A stretch of 63,846 nt of DNA, the filler included, from Collodictyon triciliatum (lineage: Eukaryota), in assembly GCA_043381765.1 (NCBI GenBank). It is 30 parts of 30 records of this genome, joined end to end, with 100 filler letters (N's around TTAATTAATTAA, not from the genome) between each part and the next. Parts side by side here need not be neighbours in the genome. Positions count along the whole stretch, not along the records: positions 23,621 to 25,665 come from JBHJMP010009652.1; positions 25,766 to 27,810 come from JBHJMP010009653.1; positions 27,911 to 29,954 come from JBHJMP010009654.1; positions 30,055 to 32,097 come from JBHJMP010009655.1; positions 32,198 to 34,241 come from JBHJMP010009656.1; positions 34,342 to 36,384 come from JBHJMP010009657.1; positions 36,485 to 38,526 come from JBHJMP010009658.1; 23 more parts are not named here. One strand, written 5' to 3'. Position 1 is the stretch's first letter. The number at the start of each line of letters is the position of its first letter. The position numbers were made by a program, and so were the translations under genes. Of the stretch, positions 24,996 to 37,789 are shown one piece after another. Below the pieces are notes generated by a model. It was not told the DNA's origin. It did not search any database and saw only the letters and a list, made by a program, of their open reading frames with translations.

Positions 24996-25765
24996 AACAA
25001 ATAAATAATAATATAATAAGGAGGAATAAAAAAGACCTATCGGGCTCAAGTCATCAACCCGCGGGTAGCAAGATAAGTATGAATATAGTGCTCAGTGTTA
25101 GTTGCCCTGTTTCATTCATCCGTTTCTTTTTTCCTTTTCTTTCTCGTTTTCTTTCTCTTCAGTCTCATTCAGCCTGTAAATGGATAAATTTCATCACAAA
25201 GGCTGTGACGAACTTGTTTTTATCCCTTTCAAGACACAACACTTTTTATGTGACGAAAGTCCAAGACATATGGCAGTTTATTGCACAGACAATTATTAAA
25301 TTAAATCTGGATTGATGAAAGCTAGTTTTGATGAATCCAACAAACAACCTGAATAATAGATTTGTATAATTAGTACTATAATACGATTAAAAATACTTAA
25401 TAATCTCATTTTATTCCTATAATCAATTTATATTTTATTTTCCATTATCTTATTAAAATCCAAAAACTACAAAGAGGCCCTTGCGTTGGCCCGGACAGAA
25501 CCCACCCTATAAAGCTGCCACCAAACATGCATTTCAAAAAAGCATACTATCCACACTTGCGGCGGCAATCATATTGTTTGGGGTCGATATGTTGACTTTC
25601 AGTCGCAATGACTACACGGCTGTCCTTTCGAACTCGCCGAATCGGCTCTCAGCGTTTTGTCTCAANNNNNNNNNNNNNNNNNNNNNNNNNNNNNNNNNNN
25701 NNNNNNNNNTTAATTAATTAANNNNNNNNNNNNNNNNNNNNNNNNNNNNNNNNNNNNNNNNNNNN

Positions 25766-27346
25766 TGATTCACCACGAATACCATTATCCTTGGTGACAA
25801 TCTCTTTCTCAAGCGGGACAGGGATTACATCCTTGAGCAGTTTCTCAGCTGTAGCCTATTGATAGTATGTTTTTTTTTTTTAATGCGTTCAACGATGGAA
25901 CGACCGGTAAGCCAAACTATACAATTTTCCTTGCAATGTTTAATAGTGGCCTTATCTTCAATATTATTAATATATAAAAAAAAAGTCGTTAGATTTTGTG
26001 GGTTTGAGTTAGTAAATCGTTACCTTGGCCGCACTTTGATGAGAGCGAACGGCAAAAAGATCGCTGTCTTCTCTGGAGACGCCCCACTTGGACGCAAGGC
26101 GGTCTGCACTCTTGCCCATTGTTTCGCCGGTGGAAAACTCCGCTACAGCCGGGGCCTCAGGGGCGAGATGGCCCAGAGAAATTCCTGTGTTATGCATGAA
26201 GTACCAAGAATGCGTGAGCTAAATAAAATGAATGAAAAAGAAATAAGAATGAATGCAGTTTTAGTGTGGTATGATTAAGTGCCTTTAACAAGCTTCAGGT
26301 ATCCAGGAAGCCCTCCTTTGACTTTGCTTGCTCCAATAAGAGCCTTGCGTACAGGGCGTTGGAAACGAATAGGGACATCACTCATTGTTTCGACCCCTAA
26401 TATTTGCACACGAGGCAAAATGATAAATAGCATGCATCAAGTCGGGCTGTTGTGCGAGCAAAGAAGTAATATTTGAGTCTCATGAGGCAACACATGTGTG
26501 ATATGGAACATAATTAAAAAGAAACCTCCAGCGATGATGGCATCAGCTTGGCCAGTGCGGATAAGTTCAGCAGCGTTTGTGATGGCGACATTGGAAGATA
26601 TGCAAGCGAGGGTCACCGTGTTGGCTGGCACCTGATGATCACCCATTGAGTAAGGGTTTATGCTAAAGCCTTTGTAAAGGCCTCAATCGCTGTCATGTTG
26701 TATTAACAGGGTATAGAATAAAAAGTAAAACAGAACAACAGTCTATTTCGATTGATATTAGAATGATGCGAAGAGGCTTATACGAAAACAGGCTGATAAG
26801 CATTCAAAGCAAAAATGTGAGCCAGTTGGGTTATCTGTGTGATCCATACGCGATCGGAGATTCCAGCGCCGAGAGCAGCCTCACGAGCAATGTTTGATGT
26901 CTTCACCTCCTGGATGACTGTGCCCATCAGAACGCGCTGCACAGCGTCCGGCTTGATACCAGTGCTAGGGATCGGGTTGATCAGTTAGTTGCAACCATGA
27001 GTACAAGAAAAAAGAAAAAAAAAGGAAAAAAGAAAAAAACGAAGCAAAAAAGGAAAAGTTTGAGCCAGGCAGCTGGGGTATTGACCGTGACTCTAAAAAA
27101 AAAAAAAAAAAAACATTATTGCGCAACTCTGACTCACCGATTGACCAGGCCCTGAATTGCGTGGCGAGCAAGGTCATAGGCCATCAGGTCAGTGTAAGCA
27201 GAGCCCGAGGTGAGAAACGGTGTGCGCACAGCATCCACCACAACAACGTTCTTCAGATTCGGCGTGGTTGGAGAGTTTGCCAGGGAGGCATAGCCTCGGC
27301 GAATCGTCTCGGTTCCAAGGTTCTTCACGGCTCTGTGTGCGTTCAT
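25766..27346 (-). CDS. HADHB: Mitochondrial trifunctional enzyme beta subunit (3-ketoacyl-CoA thiolase), 5' exons
   Basis: [50 protein letters not shown] (catalytic Cys), [11 protein letters not shown] and [17 protein letters not shown] are HADHB-type motifs. N-terminus resembles a transit peptide. Confidence 0.93.
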
Positions 27347-27910
27347 TTCTGGAGAGAGAGAGAGAGAGAGAGGAATTAGTTGGCTTTTCAGCGTTCTTGT
27401 GTGCCTCAGAATTGTGTGTTTGTGGGTTTGCGTACTTTGTTGATGTGTATATCGTGATTCCGCTTGGGACAAAAAGCAGCAGCGAACCCGCAAAAGCTGA
27501 TTGAAACTGGTTGGGAGCGAATGCGCTTTTGGCGGATCAGTGCGCAATTCGATGACGCAATGCAAGAAAAGGTATCGTACTTATTTTGTAGAATCTGTAC
27601 ATAAGAGTGTAAATTTCGGCACCAAAACCATCGTATTTTGCTGACTCGAACCATTGCGTCACCAGCTTTGGCATAATTTACCAGCTGGAAGGGTATACCA
27701 ACTTTCAATTAGTAAACCTGGTGCGCTGGTATCCAAGGTCTCGCCACCTTTTTTCACAAAGGTCGTGTAGTGGTGATGAGTGCCAGGAAAGACCCAACAG
27801 TCTGTTTTTTNNNNNNNNNNNNNNNNNNNNNNNNNNNNNNNNNNNNNNNNNNNNTTAATTAATTAANNNNNNNNNNNNNNNNNNNNNNNNNNNNNNNNNN
27901 NNNNNNNNNN

Positions 27911-29409
27911 TCAGTCTCAGTCTCAGTCTCAGTCTCAGTCTCAGTCTCAGTCTCAGTCTCAGTCTCAGTCTCAGTCTCAGTCTCAGTCTCAGTCTCAGTC
28001 TCAGTCTCAGTCTCAGTCTCAGTCTCAGTCTCAATCTCAGTCTCAATCTCAGTCTCAATCTCAGTCTCAGTCTCAGTCTCAGTCTCAGTCTCAGTCTCAG
28101 TCTCAATCTCAGTCTCAATCTCAATCTCAGTCTCAGTCTCAATCATCGTCTCCAAGAATCATATCAGCCGATTGGTTTAGTAATAAGAAATCAGAAAGAT
28201 TTGGATACAAAGTTGCCGTTATGGGTATCATTGCTGCAATATCTGCCCCTTTTTGTGTTACACCAGAGTTACCGAATACTTGTGATGGAGGACATATTTT
28301 GACCTACAAAAAAGACGATTCTAGTGGAGAATGGAACAATCACAAGAAAATCAGGAACCCTTATTTCAATCGTGACAATATGTTTGGTCATAATATGATT
28401 CTAAATCCGCACTATCTCATCATATCTACGCCCAGATCGAATTACGCCGGGACTGACATCGGTATTGTGGTATTTTTCAAGTGGAACGAAGATGGAGACA
28501 CCTTCTTGAAGGATTCAAACATCCGGTATAGGAAGAGGACAAAAAATTTTGACTTGGGAAGCTCTATCTCAAACATCGACGCCATCACTGCCATCGGAAT
28601 GCCTACTCACGATTTTTCGTCTCAAGTGTCCAACTCTGGATGCACACATATTTACAGAAAGAAGGAGAATCGCAGGTGGGGTATGAGGATTACCATCACA
28701 TCACCAAGCCCAAGCCCGAATGACCGTTTTGGGCATTCCGTATCGCTCGGAAGCTCGACTAGTCTGGCAGTCTCCAATAATCCAGAATACAGCTCTGACC
28801 AAGCTGTATACGTCTACGAATACGAAGGAAATCAGTGGAATCTTTTGCAAACCCTATCGGACTATAACAGACCCGGTTTTGGGTGGGCTGTGGGGTTCTG
28901 TGGGAATGCGCTCTATGTCTCCGCAGTGAACGATAACTCGAACGCAGGGTCAGTCTTAGAGTTCCTTGTTGGTCCAAATGGTGAATATAATTCTGCGTCT
29001 GTAATAGAGCCGGATAGCGGGGCGAGTGGAAAACAATTTGGGTTTAGCTTCGCCTTCTCCAGTGATGGTTCAAGACTTGTTGCGGGTGCGAAGCCATGTC
29101 CTGACATGGAGGCATGCGACATCAAAGGTGTCAAATAAGAATGAATGAATGAAATTAGAGAAGGAAGCAATGTTTTGTATTATACATAGACTCTGATTAT
29201 TAACTTCTTGTTTGACTCTAGGCTCTGTGCATGTTTTCACGAGAGATTCATCATCTTGGGGTGAATTCTATTTCGTCGAATCGTCTGTTGTGGATGGATC
29301 TGATGCTTTTGGGTTTGATGTCGCTGTTGATGGAAGCACAGTTTTAGTTTCTGCTCCGTTTGATTCAACAACTGACCAAATTGGAAAAACTTACTTTATC
29401 ACAAAATAA
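27911..29409 (+). CDS. FG-GAP/integrin-alpha-like beta-propeller protein preceded by an in-frame poly(Ser-Gln) linker; one intron at ~29129-29221
   Basis: Repeated FGxxVA...GAP-like blades (FGYKVAV, FGHSVSL, FGWAVG, FGFSFAFS, FGFDVAVDG..VSAP). (TCTCAG)n reads SQSQ in the same frame. Stop at 29409. Confidence 0.8.
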
Positions 29410-30785
29410 ACACTTTTCCATCGCCCTCGCCTGATGCCCTCTCGCCTCACCTACCAGTCACCGAATCATGCACACGCAGTTGAAAAATTATAATAAAAAA
29501 AAAAGAAAAAAGCCCCAAAAGAAAAAGTCGAGACCCTTGCTCCTGCTCTTTCTACTTCAAGCCCAGGCTGCAAACAGGAATATATATTAAAAAAAATAAT
29601 CTGACTGAAACCATTCCTAAGGAGCATGTGTAGAACCAAACCCATCAGACATCATAAATGAACAGATTTTAAGGGACTTAGTCATTCATCAGATTATCAT
29701 TTATGCCAAGACACAGCAGGTCATCTTTCCCGCCATTTATCAATCTTAAGTGTGCGACCAGCCCAAAACATCTTGTTATTTTTATTTTTGTTTTTATTTT
29801 TATTTTTGTTTTATTTTTATTTTTGTTTTATTTTTATTTTTATTTTTATTTTTATTTTTATTTTTGTTTTATTTTTGTTTTATTTTTGTTTTATTTTTGT
29901 TTTATTTTTGTTTTATTTTTGTTTTATTTTTGTTTTATTTTTGTTTTATTTTTGNNNNNNNNNNNNNNNNNNNNNNNNNNNNNNNNNNNNNNNNNNNNTT
30001 AATTAATTAANNNNNNNNNNNNNNNNNNNNNNNNNNNNNNNNNNNNNNNNNNNNAAAAAAAAAAAAAAAAAAAAAAAATCTGGACATTACTGACGGATGG
30101 GATGAAAATAGAGTCCGACAGATTTATTCCTATGTTTTTGGAATAAATAAGGAACGACTGTTTTTTTTTCTTTCTCATTTCTTCACTTAATTTTATTGAA
30201 GCCCCAATAAATCAACCCTTCCGCACCCAGAAAACCTGCACCTCTAAACCCTAGTGCAGCCGTTGCTCCCGACTGCGCTGTCGATTTCGTAAAACAAGAA
30301 GGGAAGAAAATAAAAGCCCTGCGTGCAGAACAAACACCAAAATAATCCTTTCTTTATATAACCATCCAAGAAGCAGCCCATAAATGCCCAAATGCACAGG
30401 CTCCAAGTCAGACGAAAGTGACAACAAGAAAGCAACAAAAACCAACAAAACCAATAAAAACAACTAAACTCGAAGGCCGCGATCACAACCCTTCTCTGCC
30501 ATGATCAGTGATCGGACACCCGCCCCACACAACACCACAACCCAACCTCTTGATCCACCCCACTACCACCACCACGCGTCATGACGCACACACGCCTCAT
30601 CGCCACGACCCCCAACTCACCCAAACACCAAACCAAACCAAACCAAACCAAAGCACACACCACCTCCCCAACTGCCCTACATAGATATATATATATATAA
30701 TCCTTTTTGTTATCACTCCTGCCGAAGCCCAAAAGCAAACATAACACAAACACATACACATACACATACACACATAAAACGGGAA

Positions 30786-31937
30786 ATGAAGAAGCGCACC
30801 GCATCCGCCTGGGCCATGGACTCGCTGCCGGAGGCGCCGACGTACCACCCGACGCGGGAGGAGTTTGCGGACCCGCTGGGGTACATCGAGCGGCTGGGGC
30901 GGCGGGACAGCGCAGCATTTGCGGCGGGGCTGTGCAAGATCGTGCCGCCGGCGGGGGTGTTTGAGCCGCGCTTTGTGCGGGACTGGGACGCGTTTGCCTT
31001 CCGCCCGCGGCGGCAGATGCTGAGCGAGCTGAGCGCGCAGGGCCGCACGCGGTCGCAGTACCTGGACGGGCTGCAGACGTTCTGGACGCTGCGCGGCGTG
31101 GACCTGGATGCGCGTGCGCGGCCCCCGGTCGTGGATCGCCGCCCCCTGGACCTGTACCTGCTGCGCAACGCCGTCCGCGACATGGGCGGCCCCGACGCCG
31201 TCACGCGCCACAAGCACTGGGCCACCATCGGCCGCAGGCTGCGCCTCGACTCCCGCACCTGCACCTCCATCTCCTCCACCCTGCGCCTCCACTACGACCG
31301 CTGGGTGGCCCCCTACGAGGCCTTCGTCGCCGCCATCGCTCCCGCTTCGGCTTCGGCTTCGGCTTCGGCTTCGGCGTCGGCTTCGGCTTCGGCACGCCCT
31401 GGCATCAATATGCACGCCCTCCCTGACTCGCCCCCGAAGCGCCCGCGGCTGGCCGAGGCTCCTGATGAGAACCACAACGACGACGACGTCGACGACGAGG
31501 TCCCGTTCCACCTCTTGTTGCTATATATGTTTTTGGTTTTTGGTTTTTGGATTTTGGATTTTGGATTTTGGATTTTGGATTTTGGATTTTGGATTTTGGA
31601 TTTTGGATTTTGGATTTTGGATTTTGGATTTTGGATTTTGGATTTTGGTTGGTCTATCTATTTGCTGTTATGGTGTGTCTAAATGCTATCATGGTGTGTC
31701 TGCTGTCATGGTGTGTCTAAATGCTGTCATGGTGTGTCCTCATCTGCATGTATGGCTGTGTGGCTGTTACAGGAGTCCGGCTGCATCTGTGGGCCGTGTG
31801 GGGCATCGTTAGATGGCGACGTTGTGGCGTGTGTGCAGTGCCGCGGCAGATGGCACGTGGCGTGTGCTGACCCGCCTGTGCTGGAGCCGCATGTGCAGAC
31901 TCTTCCCTTGTGGCATTGTGCTCGGTGTATTGCCTTG
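30786..31937 (+). CDS. KDM5/Lid-like histone demethylase N-terminus (JmjN, ARID, PHD), partial
   Basis: JmjN (EAPTYHPTREEFADPLGYI...GLCKIVPP), ARID (LDLYLLRNAVRDMGG...WATIGRRL...LRLHYDRW), intron ~31500-31772, then a PHD finger (CGPC...CVQC...HVAC...WHCARC). Confidence 0.88.
31545..31647. repeat. (TTTTGGA)n intronic heptamer array
   Basis: Directly visible inside the KDM5-like intron. Confidence 0.95.
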
Positions 31938-32221
31938 GTGAGTTGGAAGCAGGGGAAGGAATTCGTTCCTTTCCCTTTCCCTCTCCTTTCCCTCTTTTTT
32001 TCTCTCTTCTTTCTCTCTTCTTTCTCTCTTCTTTCTCTCTTCTTTCTCTCTTCTTTCTCTCTTCTTTCTCTCTTCTTTCTCTCTTCTTTCTCTCTTCNNN
32101 NNNNNNNNNNNNNNNNNNNNNNNNNNNNNNNNNNNNNNNNNTTAATTAATTAANNNNNNNNNNNNNNNNNNNNNNNNNNNNNNNNNNNNNNNNNNNNGAG
32201 CGAGAAGGCAAAAGTGATAGT

Positions 32222-32294
32222 TGCTCACAGCAGGGATCGAACCTACGACCTTGGCGTTATTAGCACCACGCTCTACCAACTAAGCTATGCGAGC
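32222..32294 (-). tRNA. tRNA-Ile(AAT)
   Basis: 73 nt on the minus strand, GCTCGCA...TGTGAGCA: D-arm AGTTGGTAGAGC, anticodon arm TGGTG-CTAATAA-CGCCA, T-loop GGTTCGATCC, with TTTT shortly downstream. Confidence 0.96.
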
Positions 32295-33039
32295 TCCTTC
32301 ATGCTGATGGTGGGCCCAATATATGTATATATAATACAGATAAGCTTCCCTGCATCATTTTTCGTTTTTCTTTGTCTTCTCCCCTAAAATACATCTAATC
32401 TATATCCTTCAATTTTCTAATCACAACTTGGACTGATGCACATATAAAACCATAAATATAGTAGCTTCTAGCGTAGTTTTCTGTATCACCGCCCCATACA
32501 AAACTTAACGTCCAGTGGCGATGAAGGATGCTCCATTCGTTTTCTTTTTATGCCTATTTATTTGATTCTGCACGTATCTCGTCGCTTACATATAATTTTT
32601 AATTGGATATGAAAACATCAAGAACCTCAATTTTTTCTTCGATAGCGACCCCAATACGACATCCCGCCCCGAATCATAATTCCCGTTTACTTGCACTTTA
32701 TATCTTGGACATTTCGTTTGTCTGCTGCGACGTCGTATACCACAATGTTATTTTTCTAGGTGATGTCATCATCTTCATCATAGAAGAAAATGCCGTGATG
32801 CCAGACCTTTGTTGCTTCACGTGAAACCATATTTTTATGACCAACATAAAGATATAGGACATAGACAATATCATATCATAGCAGCAATCGGCCTCGTGTG
32901 GAGTCGAATATGTATCGGAAAACGGAATCTACCGACCGAGTATTTATGGCTGACATACCACAACAAAAAAACATCGCGATTGAAAAGGGCTCTACAAAGA
33001 CGAAGATTGCTTTGTCCGTCTTCGGGACAACAATGACCT

Positions 33040-34241
33040 GTCCTCTCTTTCGCAAACCGTAGCAATATGCGCAAGCAACTGCGTGCTGTAATGGAAGCCC
33101 GAAAGTGTGACGAAGAGGACATGAAAATTATAGCGGGCAACCCCGCCCTCAGCCTCAGGCTCGATTTCCCAAGAAAAAAATGATGCACTTGTAACATTTG
33201 GCGAACAAGAGGAAATTGGGAAGCGAGATACTTGCGAGACTTTGAACAGATGGAGAAATGGTTCTTTGGACTAGGAAAGGAAAAAGAAAAGACCTTGTAT
33301 CCGTTCTGTACACCATCTGCAGACATGCAGCATTTATTACCTCGCAACAACAAAAAGAACACCCACGACTTCTTCTCAAAGATGTGGTCAAGGCGAGACT
33401 ATGATGCTGCTACTCTCGAGCTTATTACCACAAACTGCTCCAAGGCTTCACCCTCGCAAGCAGCCAGCATGATAGCACCTATACATGCAGGCGAATTGTG
33501 GAAAGCGGTCAAGTCGCTACACAACTGAAAGGCGCCAGCCCAGATAGGCTGCACAACGGAATATACTCTGCTTTCTATAATGAGGTCAAGGCATCCTTAG
33601 TGACTTTTCTGAATGGAATCATGTCTGGTGGCGACCTACCGCAAGGATTTACAGAGGCCATGGTGCGGCTGATACCAAAGAAAGGAAACTCGAGCAATCT
33701 TGCAGACTGGCGACCAATATTGCTGTTGAATAATGACTACAAGATATTTACGACGCTACTCAGAAATCGCATATCACCCATCGCTGACAAACTCATATCC
33801 AAAGAGCAGATTGGTTTCATGAACGGAAGGAACATCGACACAAACATCTGGGTCGTCAACAAAGAATACATGGAATATCAAGTAAGCGGGACACCCCGCG
33901 CCATGATTTTCTACAACCTGGAGAAAGCATATGACTATGTGAACCACGAAGCACTGGAAACCATCCTATACAAAAGAGGCTTCTGTACCGGATTCACCAG
34001 TCTTATCAAGAAACTGCACGAAAACGCAACAGCGAGGGTACTCCCGGCACATGGACACGGATGCAATTCAAAGACAGAGCGGTGTGTATCAAGGCAGCCC
34101 ACTTGCACCACTGCTCTTCAACTTTGTTGCTGACTGCCTTGCAAACCACTTCCGAAACGAAAACAAGGTATGCAACCAACTGCTACTTCAATATGCAGAC
34201 GACACAGCATTCATCTTGCGGTCTCCCGAAGGCGTCACACT
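33040..34241 (+). mobile_element. Degraded L1/Tx1-clade non-LTR retrotransposon ORF2 reverse transcriptase
   Basis: LIPKKG...WRPILLLNNDYKI, QIGFMNGRNI, NLEKAYDYVNH, GVYQGSPLAPLLF and QYADDT motifs. Stop at ~33526-33528 and a frameshift near 34045. Confidence 0.93.
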
Positions 34242-36484
34242 NNNNNNNNNNNNNNNNNNNNNNNNNNNNNNNNNNNNNNNNNNNNTTAATTAATTAANNN
34301 NNNNNNNNNNNNNNNNNNNNNNNNNNNNNNNNNNNNNNNNNAAAAAAATTTTGGAAAAATCCAAAAAAAAAAAAAAAAAAAAAAAAAAGGTGTTTTTAAT
34401 AAGAAAAAAAAAACACATACAAATACAACAGGGAAGATTGTTGCCTCAACTAGTAGAGGGAGACGCCGATGGTAGTGAAAAAACAGATGAAGACGATTAT
34501 ATCAACCGCGATACTGGCGCCAATGCAGAGACAGAAACTGATTTTACTGCGGAGATATCTTTGAATGAGATGTTCAAGGTCATAACTTAGGATGTTTAGC
34601 CAACTTAGCTCAAAAAGGCTTACAGTAAAAGCACAATTAATTTTTCATATTGATGACATAATTTCCTTTAAGGTATGGCAAAAAGGTAGTGCGGAGTCCA
34701 TATGTCGAACAAATAAGGAAACATTATGCCCTAGTCAAGATTTAACAATTGATGACATTTTTTCCACCGAAACTCGCATCACAAGAGAGCAATTGAGGGG
34801 AATGGAGGTCCAGTTCATTTTTTGTCTTATGCAATATATAGTAATAATGGTATATTTACAAGGCGGTATAGTGTACTCAATACTTCACTTGGTCATGGTA
34901 TATCCATTTCAGGTTCTCTGTCAAGTTGATAAAAAATTCATATTTACTAAGCACGGGACGTCGATGTAAATGATTCACCGTCCAAAATTGTATTAAAAAT
35001 AGAGATTGCAATATGGCTTAATTTAGATCAATTGCCTTGTTAGTTACGTAATGGACCAGCATGCAGTTCACGAAAGAATTTGTCTAGAAAGAATACAAGT
35101 AATATTTAATGGTTGTGTTCACTCAAATTATTTTCTATGGCACGTATAAAATTCATGCATGTTANNNNNNNNNNNNNNNNNNNNNNNNNNNNNNNNNNNN
35201 NNNNNNNNNNNNNNNNNNNNNNNNNNNNNNNNNNNNNNNNNNNNNNNNNNNNNNNNNNNNNNNNNNNNNNNNNNNNNNNNNNNNNNNNNNNNNNNNNNNN
35301 NNNNNNNNNNNNNNNNNNNNNNNNNNNNNNNNNNNNNNNNNNNNNNNNNNNNNNNNNNNNNNNNNNNNNNNNNNNNNNNNNNNNNNNNNNNNNNNNNNNN
35401 NNNNNNNNNNNNNNNNNNNNNNNNNNNNNNNNNNNNNNNNNNNNNNNNNNNNNNNNNNNNNNNNNNNNNNNNNNNNNNNNNNNNNNNNNNNNNNNNNNNN
35501 NNNNNNNNNNNNNNNNNNNNNNNNNNNNNNNNNNNNNNNNNNNNNNNNNNNNNNNNNNNTTTTTTTTCTGTGACGGAATTGAATTATTATGAAATGTCTT
35601 GCTATGTTGTCAACTATATAAATTATAAATGCCAAATAACTATAGTAGTCAATGTGCTCCTTGTAGCATCTTTTCTCATCCAATTATTTTAGGGATACCA
35701 AAGCCAGTTTTTAGCTTGGGGATACGGTCTACGTTTTCCGCGTCAAGTTGGATATGGAGAGTTTGTATTCGACACTTTAGTAAAGTTTTTAAAAACGGAG
35801 AATATATCGATTGGAATGTATCTCATTTTTTATTTAATTTTTTTTATATCCAGGAACGAATCAACGCATGCGATGATAATTCAATCGAGACCAACAGTCC
35901 TGGTCGATCAATACTGCACCTCAAAAGGTTTGATGAAGTCGATACGCAATTATCTCCAGCAGTTGCAAAAAGTGGGGTAAGTTCATTCCTTTACAATCTA
36001 CCCAAGGCCTTGATGACGTCAATGTCATGGTGATTGCCGTATCACTGATATATTGAAGTTCCATTCCTGCGATATATAGCAGCTATAATAATTGAAAATA
36101 TATTGTTTTGCCACGATGGAGATAAATCCTTGCACCCACTTTCTTTCATTTAAGGGGGGCCAGGACGTCCATACCTCAGGATATAATTCGGTCGCTAAAT
36201 CAAAAAGCATGCAAAGGTTGATATTTGTCAACAAATCTGCCTTTGTGTAGTGCATGATTATGCGAATATTTAACGATTCTTATCATTTTATTTTGTTTTT
36301 ATTTTGTTTTTATTTTGTTTTTATTTTGTTTTTATTTTGTTTTTATTTTGTTTTTATTTTGTTTTTATTTTGTTTTTATTTTGTNNNNNNNNNNNNNNNN
36401 NNNNNNNNNNNNNNNNNNNNNNNNNNNNTTAATTAATTAANNNNNNNNNNNNNNNNNNNNNNNNNNNNNNNNNNNNNNNNNNNN

Positions 36485-37332
36485 TGACGCTGCTCTGGGG
36501 TGTTCCTGATGCAGTCCCTGCCTCTTGGGACGCAGGTGAGAGATGGAACGAGTCGTTGCTGGAGTTTGCTTCTTTAGGGCTATTCGATTTTTGCATGTGC
36601 TTTGCTGGGGTCACATCGGGGCTCTTATGGAGCATGAAGCTGGCTATGTTTGGTTGTCTTGACGAGTTGGATTGGGGCGCTGATGAAGGTCTTTCTACTC
36701 TCGGTGGTTTAGATTGGTGTTTGGAGCTCAGGTTTACTGTTGGTGTATTAGGTGTAGTCGTCTTCCTCTCAGGGGTTCTTCCAGGCGAAGAAGCCGAGCC
36801 TTGCTCCATTTGTTCGGTTGGTTTCAGGATGACGCGCATTTCCAAAGTCTCATTTGCTTTCTTTGGGAGTTCCTTGCGAGAGATAAGTTTCTTGATTGGG
36901 TGACAGCGATGACGAACCAAGAAAATATCAGCAAAGCCAAAAGCAACGAACACCAAAAAGGCTCGCAGCAGATTGGCTGAAGAAAAAGCTGACGAAGCGC
37001 AATGAAGAACCCAAGAACGTAATCACTCACCAACCCGCTTCTCTCGCAGGCTTTTCCTGCTGCTCGTCACGTACCGCAGCCCCATATCAGCCTGCCAAGT
37101 TCCTCTGACACCCCAGGATCAAAGCAGCTCCGCGCCGATCACGATCTTCGGCTTTGGCTTGAGTCTCGGTCGCCGAAGGCTGCTTTCTTCTTGCTGCCTG
37201 TTGGCCATGGCTTCGTCCATTCTCCAGCTTAAGCGAAAGGGACTTTTACCCTCCCAGCTACCAGCCGAGCAACAGCAGCAAGCAGGCTCCGTGCAAGGTA
37301 GAGCTTCATTCCTGTCCGGTCCGATTTCTGGC
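36485..37332 (-). mobile_element. Degraded ORF1-like region of a non-LTR element (tentative)
   Basis: Intronless and frameshifted. KLISRKELPKK...MRVILK followed by an S/P/T-rich tail parallels the ORF at 60936-61613. Confidence 0.35.
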
Positions 37333-37789
37333 NNNNNNNNNNNNNNNNNNNNNNNNNNNNNNNNNNNNNNNNNNNNNNNNNNNNNNNNNNNNNNNNNNNN
37401 NNNNNNNNNNNNNNNNNNNNNNNNNNNNNNNNNNNNNNNNNNNNNNNNNNNNNNNNNNNNNNNNNNNNNNNNNNNNNNNNNNNNNNNNNNNNNNNNNNNN
37501 NNNNNNNNNNNNNNNNNNNNNNNNNNNNNNNNNNNNNNNNNNNNNNNNNNNNNNNNNNNNNNNNNNNNNNNNNNNNNNNNNNNNNNNNNNNNNNNNNNNN
37601 NNNNNNNNNNNNNNNNNNNNNNNNNNNNNNNNNNNNNNNNNNNNNNNNNNNNNNNNNNNNNNNNNNNNNNNNNNNNNNNNNNNNNNNNNNNNNNNNNNNN
37701 NNNNNNNNNNNNNNNNNNNNNNNNNNNNNNNNNNNNNNNNNNNNNNNNNNNNNNNNNNNNNNNNNNNNNNNNNNNNNNNNTTGTCACAG

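Noticed and set aside
25500-25665. Possible hAT transposase C-terminal remnant on the minus strand
   Set aside because: Too short and stop-ridden; the motif match is not convincing
31545-31647. (TTTTGGA)n as a telomere repeat
   Set aside because: Internal to an intron and one of many different microsatellites
35109-35692. ORFs spanning the long N gaps (also 37119-37917)
   Set aside because: Composed mostly of unknown bases
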